Part shown: piece by piece, positions 9,801 to 17,326 of the stretch
Position numbering within the stretch: the first letter of the stretch is position 1
How the letters are laid out: the number at the start of each line of letters is the position of its first letter
Source of the DNA: Candidatus Zhuqueibacterota bacterium
GTDB taxonomy: Bacteria; Zhuqueibacterota; Zhuqueibacteria; Residuimicrobiales; Krinioviventaceae
Length of the DNA stretch: 64,000 nucleotides
Assembly (NCBI GenBank): GCA_016928775.1
Contig: JAFGKD010000043.1
Location: 1,834 to 65,833, forward strand
Reading direction: 5' to 3'
The notes under the pieces: model-generated
What the model saw: only the letters and a program-made list of their open reading frames with translations
Told to the model about the DNA's origin: nothing
Database searches by the model: none
Program-made: the position numbers and the translations under genes

Positions 9801-10244
9801 GTCGGAATCGATGAGATTGCCGGCAAAGTCGTCGATATGCGTATTGAACAAGCCGAGGGCGTCTTCAATCACCGCCAGGGCGATCGTTTGCAGGTCGCTG
9901 CCCTCTTGCACCTCTTTGGCCAGGGCACTGTTTTGCAGAAAATCTCGCGCCGTCGTATACGTATCTTCAATTGATTCGACATGTTCGAGCAGACTCGGTG
10001 GCAGCGCATTCTGAACCACGTTAATGGTTGCTGGCAAATCCTCGGCCAGGCCGCTGACATCGATATCGAGCTTGCCACTGAGCTCGCTCAGTTTATTCAC
10101 CACCTCGGCGATGGGCGAGGTCGCACTGCCGGCGTCCATTGAGGTAAAGGTGCTCAGCAGGTCGCCGATTGACGACTCGGCATTGCCGAGGATCGTAAAT
10201 AGATCCGTCAGACTGGGAATTTGTTGTGCAAAACCATCTGCCAT
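6852..10244 (-). CDS. Large alpha-helical repeat protein, putative tape measure
   Basis: 1130 aa, Leu/Ile/Asp/Glu-rich amphipathic helices with Pro-punctuated ~22-aa repeats (LFKPVTDLLDHVAQLVQKLNGT / LLKPLEGQVDQFTQSLTSISPG / ILDPLQAPYDSMMQHVNRLGPD); lies in a tail operon. Confidence 0.6.
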   Translation of the reverse strand: MADGFAQQIPSLTDLFTILGNAESSIGDLLSTFTSMDAGSATSPIAEVVNKLSELSGKLDIDVSGLAEDLPATINVVQNALPPSLLEHVESIEDTYTTARDFLQNSALAKEVQEGSDLQTIALAVIEDALGLFNTHIDDFAGNLIDSDIIEQIKNALALIDNFVADFSGHQDEFLPFLTDNLLGVAPDLLTESLDHVNSSYAVLVPLSPESLATALDPARQAIVSAITGLLTDIESLDPADINGYTAIQTRLSEVETAIQSVSSALNSLYSQLQSLIGTHPWSTIFSTYQSLLQAIDPGRLFSIDQIIDNMVSMLEDLLSKFYMMFGVDDITQRIERLSQTMLDSFKNSALGQIRSSLLDFLTQIRQAIESVPTEAVQQTVEEMLTRVKQELDSLGIEQIGDDIKDAFTSIETFITDNINETLKNNVGSTVNQVLSTVQNLPIAGISSELTDLIADLSTLIDQIETTLAGYMDTFTSFISQLDQLSFKPLSDEVIEEIDELKGRLQEINPNALSSAEKLAIKAALAFLQELELESKVINALKSAFSTLTEEMKAILNKITAVLERMLEKIGFLDSDELFKPVTDLLDHVAQLVQKLNGTVLLKPLEGQVDQFTQSLTSISPGHILDPLQAPYDSMMQHVNRLGPDLWVTPLNALYEKIDQLISYVDITPVLNELDVRQKALFADIRSKILDSLTNLNLPDPLDTFYNELRPFLESLTDAIFGDPDTELKNLSVEFRTQINIAKVFQPLDSLYNRLLDMIESVDQGVLTDTINSIRETIGVGLQLLDPQAIINHFRNGQSRLVELIPTALLGLPAHLPGIKMSFENKVADAPPEVQENIATTLAAFDNTFQLIDPALPDSPFHQLIETHNQLLDSLRLKINDLDISAVGEAYSSLRDNLDRMLPDFLWHPTPLSYQEILSGFYSMRPTAKAVRIEQALERFLQQLKPMEEVLEPAMNGFLANIREIIMLINPLSLNDAVADIYQTIRDKVRILDPEELANSLKTNFYDPLTAPLEELNPTQIKIKIDEVFDKAVTAVSQSIKDILADIVDVIDETFRTIRAEIQTIIDSLKTTIANAFDSLKGILDKFENLVFVELLERLNRVLDNLAVSFDKELDRVRNAFDAMLAAIPV

Positions 10245-10255
10245 AGTTAGACCAT

Positions 10256-10861
10256 CTAAAAAAGATCCAGGATATCTTTTAACGCCGTCATACCATCGCT
10301 GCTATTGCTCACCAGGCCTTCATAACCATCCAGCATGTCTTGCAGCCTGGTTGTTGGATCACCAAACGATGGTATATTGGCGATGAGATCAGTTAATTGG
10401 GAGACCTGCTCCAGGGCATTTTGTACATCGTCTATAAAATCGGTTGCTTCACCGATTAAATCAGAATCCAGCGCCGACAACGGATCAACGGTCACCGGCT
10501 CGGGTGGTTCGATGTATTCCATGACCTCGCAGTCATAGTCGAACTGATTCAGGTAACCTGCGCGCTGGGTGACGATTAGTTTTAAAATGAGAACCTGGGT
10601 AAAAAATCCCTCGCCTACACTTTCGGTGAAAAAATCGAGCGGCTCTTGCTCAAGATACGCGCTTCGGAGCCGGTTCAGGTCATCAGTCGCCGTATCACCA
10701 TAAAAAATGCCGCAAAAACCAACTTTGACCGACGGGCGTCCCAATATTTGCGATAGATCACCGCTCATTCCGGGCACAGGGTGGAGAACAACCCGCGTGT
10801 CATGCCGAACGTGGACATCAGTGAGATGTTGCAGAGATATGCCGCCTAGTTCAACTGCCAT
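10256..10861 (-). CDS. Mu gp43 / DNA-circularization N-terminal-like tube initiator protein
   Basis: VVLHPVPGMSGDLSQILGRPSVKVGFCGIFYG...LRSAYLEQEPLDF...FDYDCEVMEY pattern; position in the tail operon. Confidence 0.65.
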   Translation of the reverse strand: MAVELGGISLQHLTDVHVRHDTRVVLHPVPGMSGDLSQILGRPSVKVGFCGIFYGDTATDDLNRLRSAYLEQEPLDFFTESVGEGFFTQVLILKLIVTQRAGYLNQFDYDCEVMEYIEPPEPVTVDPLSALDSDLIGEATDFIDDVQNALEQVSQLTDLIANIPSFGDPTTRLQDMLDGYEGLVSNSSDGMTALKDILDLF

Positions 10862-10864
10862 GAT

Positions 10865-12004
10865 TTACCTGCCCGACGTTCCATAAAAACGCAAAAGCTC
10901 CAGCTCCAGTTGATCCGCTATTTTATCCAACACTTTCAGAAAATCAGGCTCATTGTTGGCTATTTGCGCTGTGTTATCTTTGATTTCAAGTTTGGTTAAA
11001 GATTCAGAAATATCGGTCTTTTGCTGCTGGATCGGCGATTGGGCTCCCCGTATGTCATTAGAGGAGAGATTGTTTTGTAATATTCTGGATAATTGCTCCG
11101 CGCCATGTCTCAAGCGCATGCCGAAAAATCCTGTTGCGCCCGGGTGGGCCTCGCTGAGTGGCTGCTTTTCACTTCTCTTGTCGCCAAAATGTGATGCGTC
11201 ATCGGATGTAAAAATTTGCTTTCTGAGCGTTCTGGCATAATTATCCACTTTATTTTTGAACTTGAGAACATCGACATCCAAGCCAATATCCTTTGGTGCG
11301 GATTCTTCCTCGGCGCTATCCGCTTTAAAAAAAGATGTTTTGTCGAATGATGAATAAGGTTGCCTAACATCTTCAAGCACGCTGGTTTCTTGCGTTTTGG
11401 GAGACACTCCGGTAAAATCCGGCGCTTCCGTTTTGCCAGCAAAGCCCGGTTTTTCGGTGACTCTTTGTCTGTTCTTTTTTGATGCGCGAAACAAAGATTT
11501 CTCGACGAGTGCCGAAACAGATGTGCCCACAATATCATTCATAGCATCATTATCGGGCACGGGTGACAGGTACAAATCGTGCATAGAGTGCACAATTTGT
11601 TTTGTTGCCGGCATAGCCCGGGACAACGAGGGCGGTACAGCATATCTATCTTGAGTCGATCGTTTGTGCCCGGATGATATTTGTTCAGGTGCCACCGGTG
11701 GGCGATTTTGACGGCGTCCTGCCTGATGGTCATCTGGCCTATATAGCTGTGAATGCCACATCTCTTGTACGTCAATTGGCGATGAAACAGCTGAGGTCGT
11801 CGACTGCTCATCATCTGTCGCTATAAATCGATCGTGCCGGGTGATGTTATGTAAAATAAACGAGAGCTTGATAACAGGATCGGTTATCAATTCGTTAAAG
11901 ACCATCGGCAGCCATGTTTGCTTTAGCGGACGAAAGAGCACGCGCACACTTTTGAGAACCTGGGCACCCGGAATCAGAGGTTTATTTATGAAATCGACTA
12001 ACAT
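10865..12004 (-). CDS. Hypothetical low-complexity protein of the tail locus
   Basis: 379-aa ORF coupled to its neighbour (TAATG overlap at 12004), mostly polar and probably disordered, ending in a short helix (DKIADQLELELLRFYG). Confidence 0.6.
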   Translation of the reverse strand: MLVDFINKPLIPGAQVLKSVRVLFRPLKQTWLPMVFNELITDPVIKLSFILHNITRHDRFIATDDEQSTTSAVSSPIDVQEMWHSQLYRPDDHQAGRRQNRPPVAPEQISSGHKRSTQDRYAVPPSLSRAMPATKQIVHSMHDLYLSPVPDNDAMNDIVGTSVSALVEKSLFRASKKNRQRVTEKPGFAGKTEAPDFTGVSPKTQETSVLEDVRQPYSSFDKTSFFKADSAEEESAPKDIGLDVDVLKFKNKVDNYARTLRKQIFTSDDASHFGDKRSEKQPLSEAHPGATGFFGMRLRHGAEQLSRILQNNLSSNDIRGAQSPIQQQKTDISESLTKLEIKDNTAQIANNEPDFLKVLDKIADQLELELLRFYGTSGR

Positions 12005-12537
12005 TATTTTGATTCCTCTAAATCCAGGAATTTTTCAATACCGGCCAAATAGACGGCTACCTGGCCGGGCGTCAGTTGGCTCACCTGTTCCGGCGTCCAG
12101 CCGAAATGTTTTGCCAGGAGAATATGCGTCTGACTCAGAGCGCTGAACGCTGACTGTTCCAGGGTCTTCTCATCGGTTGCCAGACCAGAAATCTGATTGA
12201 TTTTGTCCACCAGGAAATGAACCAATCCGACGTGCATTTGCCGGATAGCCTCGATTTTTAAAGCTGGCTCGATGACCGATTCTTTGATCATCAGCATCGG
12301 AATGAGGCTGACCTCATCGCGAGCCGCGCGCGAGATGGCCGAGAGCGTGGCGATGTTCAGAGGGCGCAATCGCACAACTCCCGGGGAATCCGTATCGCTG
12401 CCCTGCCCGGGTTGCAAAACCTCCTGCGGGATCGGGATATCATGAATGATCGTACTCCCTGCCAGCAGATCGGCGTCCGAGAGAATTTTGCGGCCCGGCT
12501 GTTGACCGTTATCTTGTTCCATATCAACTTTCTTCAA
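12004..12537 (-). CDS. Tail assembly chaperone-like protein
   Basis: Follows the tube gene. VVRLRPLN...ESVIEPAL...FLVDKINQISGL is XkdN/gpG-like, and the C-terminal LAKHFGWTPEQVSQLT is gpT/GpE'-like. Confidence 0.65.
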   Translation of the reverse strand: MKKVDMEQDNGQQPGRKILSDADLLAGSTIIHDIPIPQEVLQPGQGSDTDSPGVVRLRPLNIATLSAISRAARDEVSLIPMLMIKESVIEPALKIEAIRQMHVGLVHFLVDKINQISGLATDEKTLEQSAFSALSQTHILLAKHFGWTPEQVSQLTPGQVAVYLAGIEKFLDLEESK

Positions 12538-13024
12538 AGCTTAACCGTATGGCTTGAAAAGAAACTGACTCCATGACAAAATCTTCAGAAGGAATATTAT
12601 AATTCCAGCTTTCGAATTTGGCGCCAAAGATAGTCACTTTGGTATTCTGATCCGGTCGTGCCGGATCAACCAAAGTGGCAATGATATTGAATGCGGGCTG
12701 GACAAAATTTGCCGCCGCAGGCGGACTCACGGCACCGTCGCCTAACAAGAGTCGCAATAAAGCGCCGTTCACATGCGCCCGTTCAGCCGTACCGGAGACA
12801 TGAATAACTCCGGGGCGTAGATGCGTCGGATAGCGTCGCCCAATCTCGTAAAAAGGTGCCAAATCGTTGGTGACAGAAATTGTGACATTTCGAAGACGCC
12901 CGACGGCATTGCTCAGGTCATATTGTGCCACCAGGCTGTCAGCCGCAGCGCCTTCTGGGGAACTGGTATCATCTACACCCAATACCAGCATTGCATCAAT
13001 AGCCCGAAAGACATCATTAGGCAT
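12524..13024 (-). CDS. Tail tube protein
   Basis: 166 aa immediately after the sheath; VGRLRNVTISV...FYEIGRRYP...G...VSGTAER...W.YNIPSEDFVMESVSFQA is a tube-like beta pattern. Confidence 0.75.
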   Translation of the reverse strand: MPNDVFRAIDAMLVLGVDDTSSPEGAAADSLVAQYDLSNAVGRLRNVTISVTNDLAPFYEIGRRYPTHLRPGVIHVSGTAERAHVNGALLRLLLGDGAVSPPAAANFVQPAFNIIATLVDPARPDQNTKVTIFGAKFESWNYNIPSEDFVMESVSFQAIRLSFEES

Positions 13025-13049
13025 GATGAGTATCTCCTTTATTTAAAAT

Positions 13050-15002
13050 TTATTTGAGTATCATTGTTACTTTGATGTATTCAATGCTGAATGTTGGCTG
13101 TAGTGTCATGGCCACACTCACCTCTCCGGCAATCTCCTGTGCCCGGGTGGCCGACACTTCCAGTTCATAGCCGGTCAGTGATTCGTCCTCAACCATGCGG
13201 GTGAGAAAGGCATCGAGCGTGGCTTTTAGCGCGGCACGAACGCGCACATTATTCAGGCGTCCAAGATAGGGATTGGCAGCCGAACGGACACCGTACTTGG
13301 CGTAATCAACGATACGGCGCGTTGGAACCGCCGAAAACGGTGCGCCTTCTCCTTCTGTTGTCATGCCCTTCAACACTCGGAAACCATTTTTCTGGATAAT
13401 TGACAGGACATTCCGTTTGATCAACTGTTCCTGCTGCCCACGGTTAAAGTCGAGAGAAAGTCCCGGCACGTTCAGCGTTTTGTTCGTCAAACTGGTTTGC
13501 ACCTGCAGCGAAGAGATCAAGCCGGCAACAGCCGCCGCCGTGTAACCCGTAGGTAACGTTCTTCCATCAGGGTATTGAATGGGCGGCGCCACCAGGACAA
13601 CTCGATCATCGGCCATGGTATGGCCCAGAAAATTGGCCAAAGTGCCTCCGGGCGCTCCTAAAACGCCCATACGTTCGTGATCGGTTTGTTCCGTGCTGTT
13701 CAAATGCCCCAACAACGTCGAACCCATGCTCTGAGAATCCTGACCAGCCAAGACAACAATATTGACAAGCTTGTTATCAAGGCTCTCCAGTCCGATGGCA
13801 TATTCATCCGGCCCGGCTTCGGCGCCGTTGCTGCCCGGCGTGTTTGAACCGGTGCCGAAATAAGCATCGACATCCGTTTTGGGCAGATTGCCGCCGTAGG
13901 TTTCATCCGCTTCACAAGTCTCCAGCGTCGAAGCCTGGTTGATCAACTGAGAGAGAATGTTGCCATCCGGTGTGATATATTGCTCAATGATCACGCCAAA
14001 CGTCAAGCTCACTTGTACGCAATTGTCTTTATCGACAAGATACGAGACAACGAGCTTGTCGCCGTTTGCTTGCGCAGGTGCTTCGCCGCTCGCGTAGGCC
14101 AAATCGCCATTCCACACGGTCACCAGGACTTGTCCCGGCTCCAGGGTTTTCGTATATCCAACCGCATAGGTCGCTATAACCGTCTCGCCAGTTACCGGTT
14201 TCTCGCTTGCTTCAAAGGTAATCTCACCTGTCGTCGTGTTTATCCCGATTTCGCCTGCTCCCAAAGGATCGGTTGGATCATACAGGATATCGCCATCACC
14301 ATATTCCCTGATAACCTCTTCTGCGTCATTCACTATTTGAACAAGATCGATGGCCGTTTCTTTTGCAACAGGATAATCCGGGCGAATACTGGCGAGAAAA
14401 AATCGCTCGTCGGTATTCGGCACCACTTCCTCGTTTTCGATAACACGTTTGTAAAGGATATCCATGGTTTGGATACGTTTCGTGGTGCCTCGGAAAATAC
14501 GGATACGATTTTCCAGCGTTGGAACGATTCGTCTGTACTTTAGCGCGTCAAACGACTCGGTATGCGTTTCATCGTTTATGCGACAGTGATCCTCGGCCGC
14601 GGCAACGTCAATGTGGATATTATTTCCCCAGGTGCCGGGTGTTTTTGCAGTCAAGGTCGCAACGGTGTGATCACTGCTATCCAGCAGAGCAAAGGTAGCA
14701 CTTGATTTGCTGGCACCGGCGACTCGAACGGCGAGAACCGTTGAAGCGCCGTTGTTGTAGATGAATTCGAGAGCGCGCACAAGCGTGAGAGGATGGGAGC
14801 CATCTTCCGGACGGTTGTAGTCATCCGGCACACCAAATATTTCCCGGGCATTTGAAAATCCTGCCAACGTGACAGGCGTCCCCACCGGTCCACTGGCCGC
14901 TGTTCCCACGACGCCAACGATACCAGCGGCAATTCGCCCCGCGGATATCAGGCCCTCTGCCCGTACAGTGATGTACGTTCCTGGAACGATCATTTCAGCC
15001 AT
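13050..15002 (-). CDS. Contractile tail sheath protein
   Basis: N-terminal PGTYI...GVVGTA..GPVGTP, central AKTPGTWGNNI, C-terminal TRRIVDYAK...YLGRLNNVRVR...FL..MVE...V.MTLQPTFSIEYIKVT; AAGGAG RBS upstream. Confidence 0.95.
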   Translation of the reverse strand: MAEMIVPGTYITVRAEGLISAGRIAAGIVGVVGTAASGPVGTPVTLAGFSNAREIFGVPDDYNRPEDGSHPLTLVRALEFIYNNGASTVLAVRVAGASKSSATFALLDSSDHTVATLTAKTPGTWGNNIHIDVAAAEDHCRINDETHTESFDALKYRRIVPTLENRIRIFRGTTKRIQTMDILYKRVIENEEVVPNTDERFFLASIRPDYPVAKETAIDLVQIVNDAEEVIREYGDGDILYDPTDPLGAGEIGINTTTGEITFEASEKPVTGETVIATYAVGYTKTLEPGQVLVTVWNGDLAYASGEAPAQANGDKLVVSYLVDKDNCVQVSLTFGVIIEQYITPDGNILSQLINQASTLETCEADETYGGNLPKTDVDAYFGTGSNTPGSNGAEAGPDEYAIGLESLDNKLVNIVVLAGQDSQSMGSTLLGHLNSTEQTDHERMGVLGAPGGTLANFLGHTMADDRVVLVAPPIQYPDGRTLPTGYTAAAVAGLISSLQVQTSLTNKTLNVPGLSLDFNRGQQEQLIKRNVLSIIQKNGFRVLKGMTTEGEGAPFSAVPTRRIVDYAKYGVRSAANPYLGRLNNVRVRAALKATLDAFLTRMVEDESLTGYELEVSATRAQEIAGEVSVAMTLQPTFSIEYIKVTMILK

Positions 15003-15206
15003 AATATCACTCCTTTAAAAAAAAGTTATAGCAATTATGCTTTATATCGTCATGTGATGAGTAGCTTTATCCAAATTGAGTTTGATGTAAAAAATGGTAC
15101 TGTGTCCGACTATTTGGCCTCAGCGCAGGAATAGAACATCTCCCCGGGGACAGTGTTTATTTCCTCGATATATCCTGCTGAGTCCTGTTGCAAAAAGAGA
15201 CGATTT

Positions 15207-15295
15207 AAAATAAAGAGATGATAGGCCCCCATCACCCAAGACTATAAGAGAGAATTAATCTGGTGTATGCGTACTCCAGAAGCCTGATCTCTTTA
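15207..15295 (-). promoter_or_regulatory. Structured leader upstream of the tail operon, possible terminator/antiterminator
   Basis: Minus strand reads GGGTGATGG-GGGC-CTATCATCT followed by CTTTATTTT (terminator-like). Its 3' arm can instead pair with upstream TAAAGAGATCAGGC. There is an internal hairpin at 15259-15280. Confidence 0.4.
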
Positions 15296-15737
15296 AATTA
15301 AAATACATTAATTCAAGTAAATGTCAAGCAATTTTTCAAAAACCAACCATTTAATTTCAATGACTTTTTTATTGTTGATACCGTCAAGCTTTTTTTATTA
15401 GAACACTGATTTAACGGATCGAACGGATGAAAACGGATATTATAATAAGCCAGCTTTGTTCTTTTTTGCAATGATCTGTGTGTCTTATTAAGCTTTTCCC
15501 TGTGTCCAGCAAGTGAGATATGGGTAATGGTCAGCCCCCGTGGGGGAGAGAAGACTACAATTCTTGTCAGTTTTATTGGCAAAAGCCCTTGTCGATAAAA
15601 CTTGGATTATACGTGCGGGCTTTTTTACTCCTTTGAAAAGTCAACTTTTTTTTTAACTTGGAATGATTAAAAGAGCACTTTGGTTACATTCATACATCCA
15701 TTTTGGGTGATGAAATGGGCACTGCGATGGAGGACCT

Positions 15738-17288
15738 ATGAAACAGAAACTGTCACGGCGAGATTTCATTCAAAACTCTTCAAAAGGAGCTGTGGCTGTT
15801 GCTATTGCTCCGCATATCTTATCGATAAAAAGCGAGCAGGCAATAGCTGGATCAGGAGAAAATCTTATGACTTTGCAGGATTACCTCGAACATTTTACGG
15901 TCACGAAAGCGGATATCGATGCAGTGATGAACGAAGCCCTGTCACGCGGCGGCGATTATTGTGATGTCTATTTTCAACATAAAATTTCCAACTATATCGG
16001 ATTAGAGGATAATGCCGTCAATCGCGCTTATACTGACGTTGATTTTGGCGTTGGCATTCGAGTTTTAAATGGCGATCAGACCGGTTATTCCTTTACCGAA
16101 GAAATAACCCTGGAAGCGATGAAACTGGCGGCACAAACTGCGGCGAACATTGCGAATAGCAATAAAAAAGTGAGTCCCGTCAAGCTGGTGCACCATAAAA
16201 CGCCCAACTATTACAAAATCGATATTCCCTGGGAAGAAGTGTCGATTGACCGGAAAATCCCGTCACTACAGCATATAAATGATAAAATATACACGCTGGA
16301 TAATCGCATCATAAAATCTTCGATTGGATTCGTCAATGAAACCAACTATATCATGATAGCCACTTCCGATGGACGCATTGTTTATGATTATCAACCCATG
16401 GGTTTGGTTTATGTATCGTGTACGGCCGAGCAGAACGGCCAGAAAGAGCAGAACGGCTTTAATCTCGCCGGTCGTAACGGGTTCGAGTTCATCACCGACG
16501 AAAATAAAAATCGTCTGGCTACTGAATCGGTCAAGCGAACAGTAGAGTTGTTTGATGCCGTCAAGCCGGAAGCCGGTGAAATGCCGGTTGTGATGGCCGC
16601 CGGCAGCTCAGGCATTCTGCTGCACGAAGCCATCGGCCACGGTATGGAAGCTGACTTTAATCGTAAAGAGGTGTCGATATTTAGCGACAAAATCGGCAAA
16701 AAAGTGGCCGAGCCATTTGTCACGATCGTGGACAATGGCACCAATCCAAATATTCGCGGTTCCATCAATGTGGATGATGAAGGCAACGATTCGCAAGAAA
16801 CGGTGCTCGTAAAAGATGGCATTTTACAGAGTTACCTGCATGATCGCATCAGTGCGCAACATTACGGTCTCGAGCCAACCGGTAATGGTCGGCGACAAGA
16901 TTTTCGTCATGCGCCCATGCCACGCATGCGAAACACCTATATGCTCAATGGCCCGCACACAAAGGATGAAATCATCGCTAGTGTCAAAAAAGGCATATAT
17001 GCGGAAACTTTTTCGAACGGCGAGGTTTTTATTGGCGCCGGCGATTTTACATTTTATGTGAAAACCGGCTATTTGATTGAAGATGGCACGCTCACGTCCC
17101 CCATCAAGGATATTAATATTATCGGCAATGGACCGGAGGTCTTGAGTAAAATCGTTATGGTAGCCGATGATTTCAAAATGGCGGAAGGCGGCTGGACCTG
17201 CGGGAAAAACGGCCAGGGTGTACCTGTGTCCCAGGGTTTACCAACGATCAAAGTGTCATCGATCACCGTTGGCGGCGTCAATGCGTAA
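15738..17288 (+). CDS. tldD: TldD metalloprotease subunit with twin-arginine signal
   Basis: GILLHEAIGHGMEADF (HExxGH), GNGRRQ...PMPRMRNTYM, WTCGKNGQGVPVSQGLPTI; N-terminal SRRDFI. Confidence 0.93.
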   Translation: MKQKLSRRDFIQNSSKGAVAVAIAPHILSIKSEQAIAGSGENLMTLQDYLEHFTVTKADIDAVMNEALSRGGDYCDVYFQHKISNYIGLEDNAVNRAYTDVDFGVGIRVLNGDQTGYSFTEEITLEAMKLAAQTAANIANSNKKVSPVKLVHHKTPNYYKIDIPWEEVSIDRKIPSLQHINDKIYTLDNRIIKSSIGFVNETNYIMIATSDGRIVYDYQPMGLVYVSCTAEQNGQKEQNGFNLAGRNGFEFITDENKNRLATESVKRTVELFDAVKPEAGEMPVVMAAGSSGILLHEAIGHGMEADFNRKEVSIFSDKIGKKVAEPFVTIVDNGTNPNIRGSINVDDEGNDSQETVLVKDGILQSYLHDRISAQHYGLEPTGNGRRQDFRHAPMPRMRNTYMLNGPHTKDEIIASVKKGIYAETFSNGEVFIGAGDFTFYVKTGYLIEDGTLTSPIKDINIIGNGPEVLSKIVMVADDFKMAEGGWTCGKNGQGVPVSQGLPTIKVSSITVGGVNA

Positions 17289-17326
17289 TTTGTCGGTATC
17301 ATGAAAAATCCAAAATAGAGGCGAGT

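Noticed and set aside
1..15002. Intact prophage or T6SS
   Set aside because: No head, packaging, integrase or replication genes, and no TssJLM, ClpV or TssBC-type split sheath in the visible part. The left end is not visible, so this rejection is provisional.
15313..15582. 89-aa ORF upstream of the sheath as a possible regulator
   Set aside because: It runs through a repeat relic, has no RBS or recognisable motif, and looks like spurious AT-rich translation.
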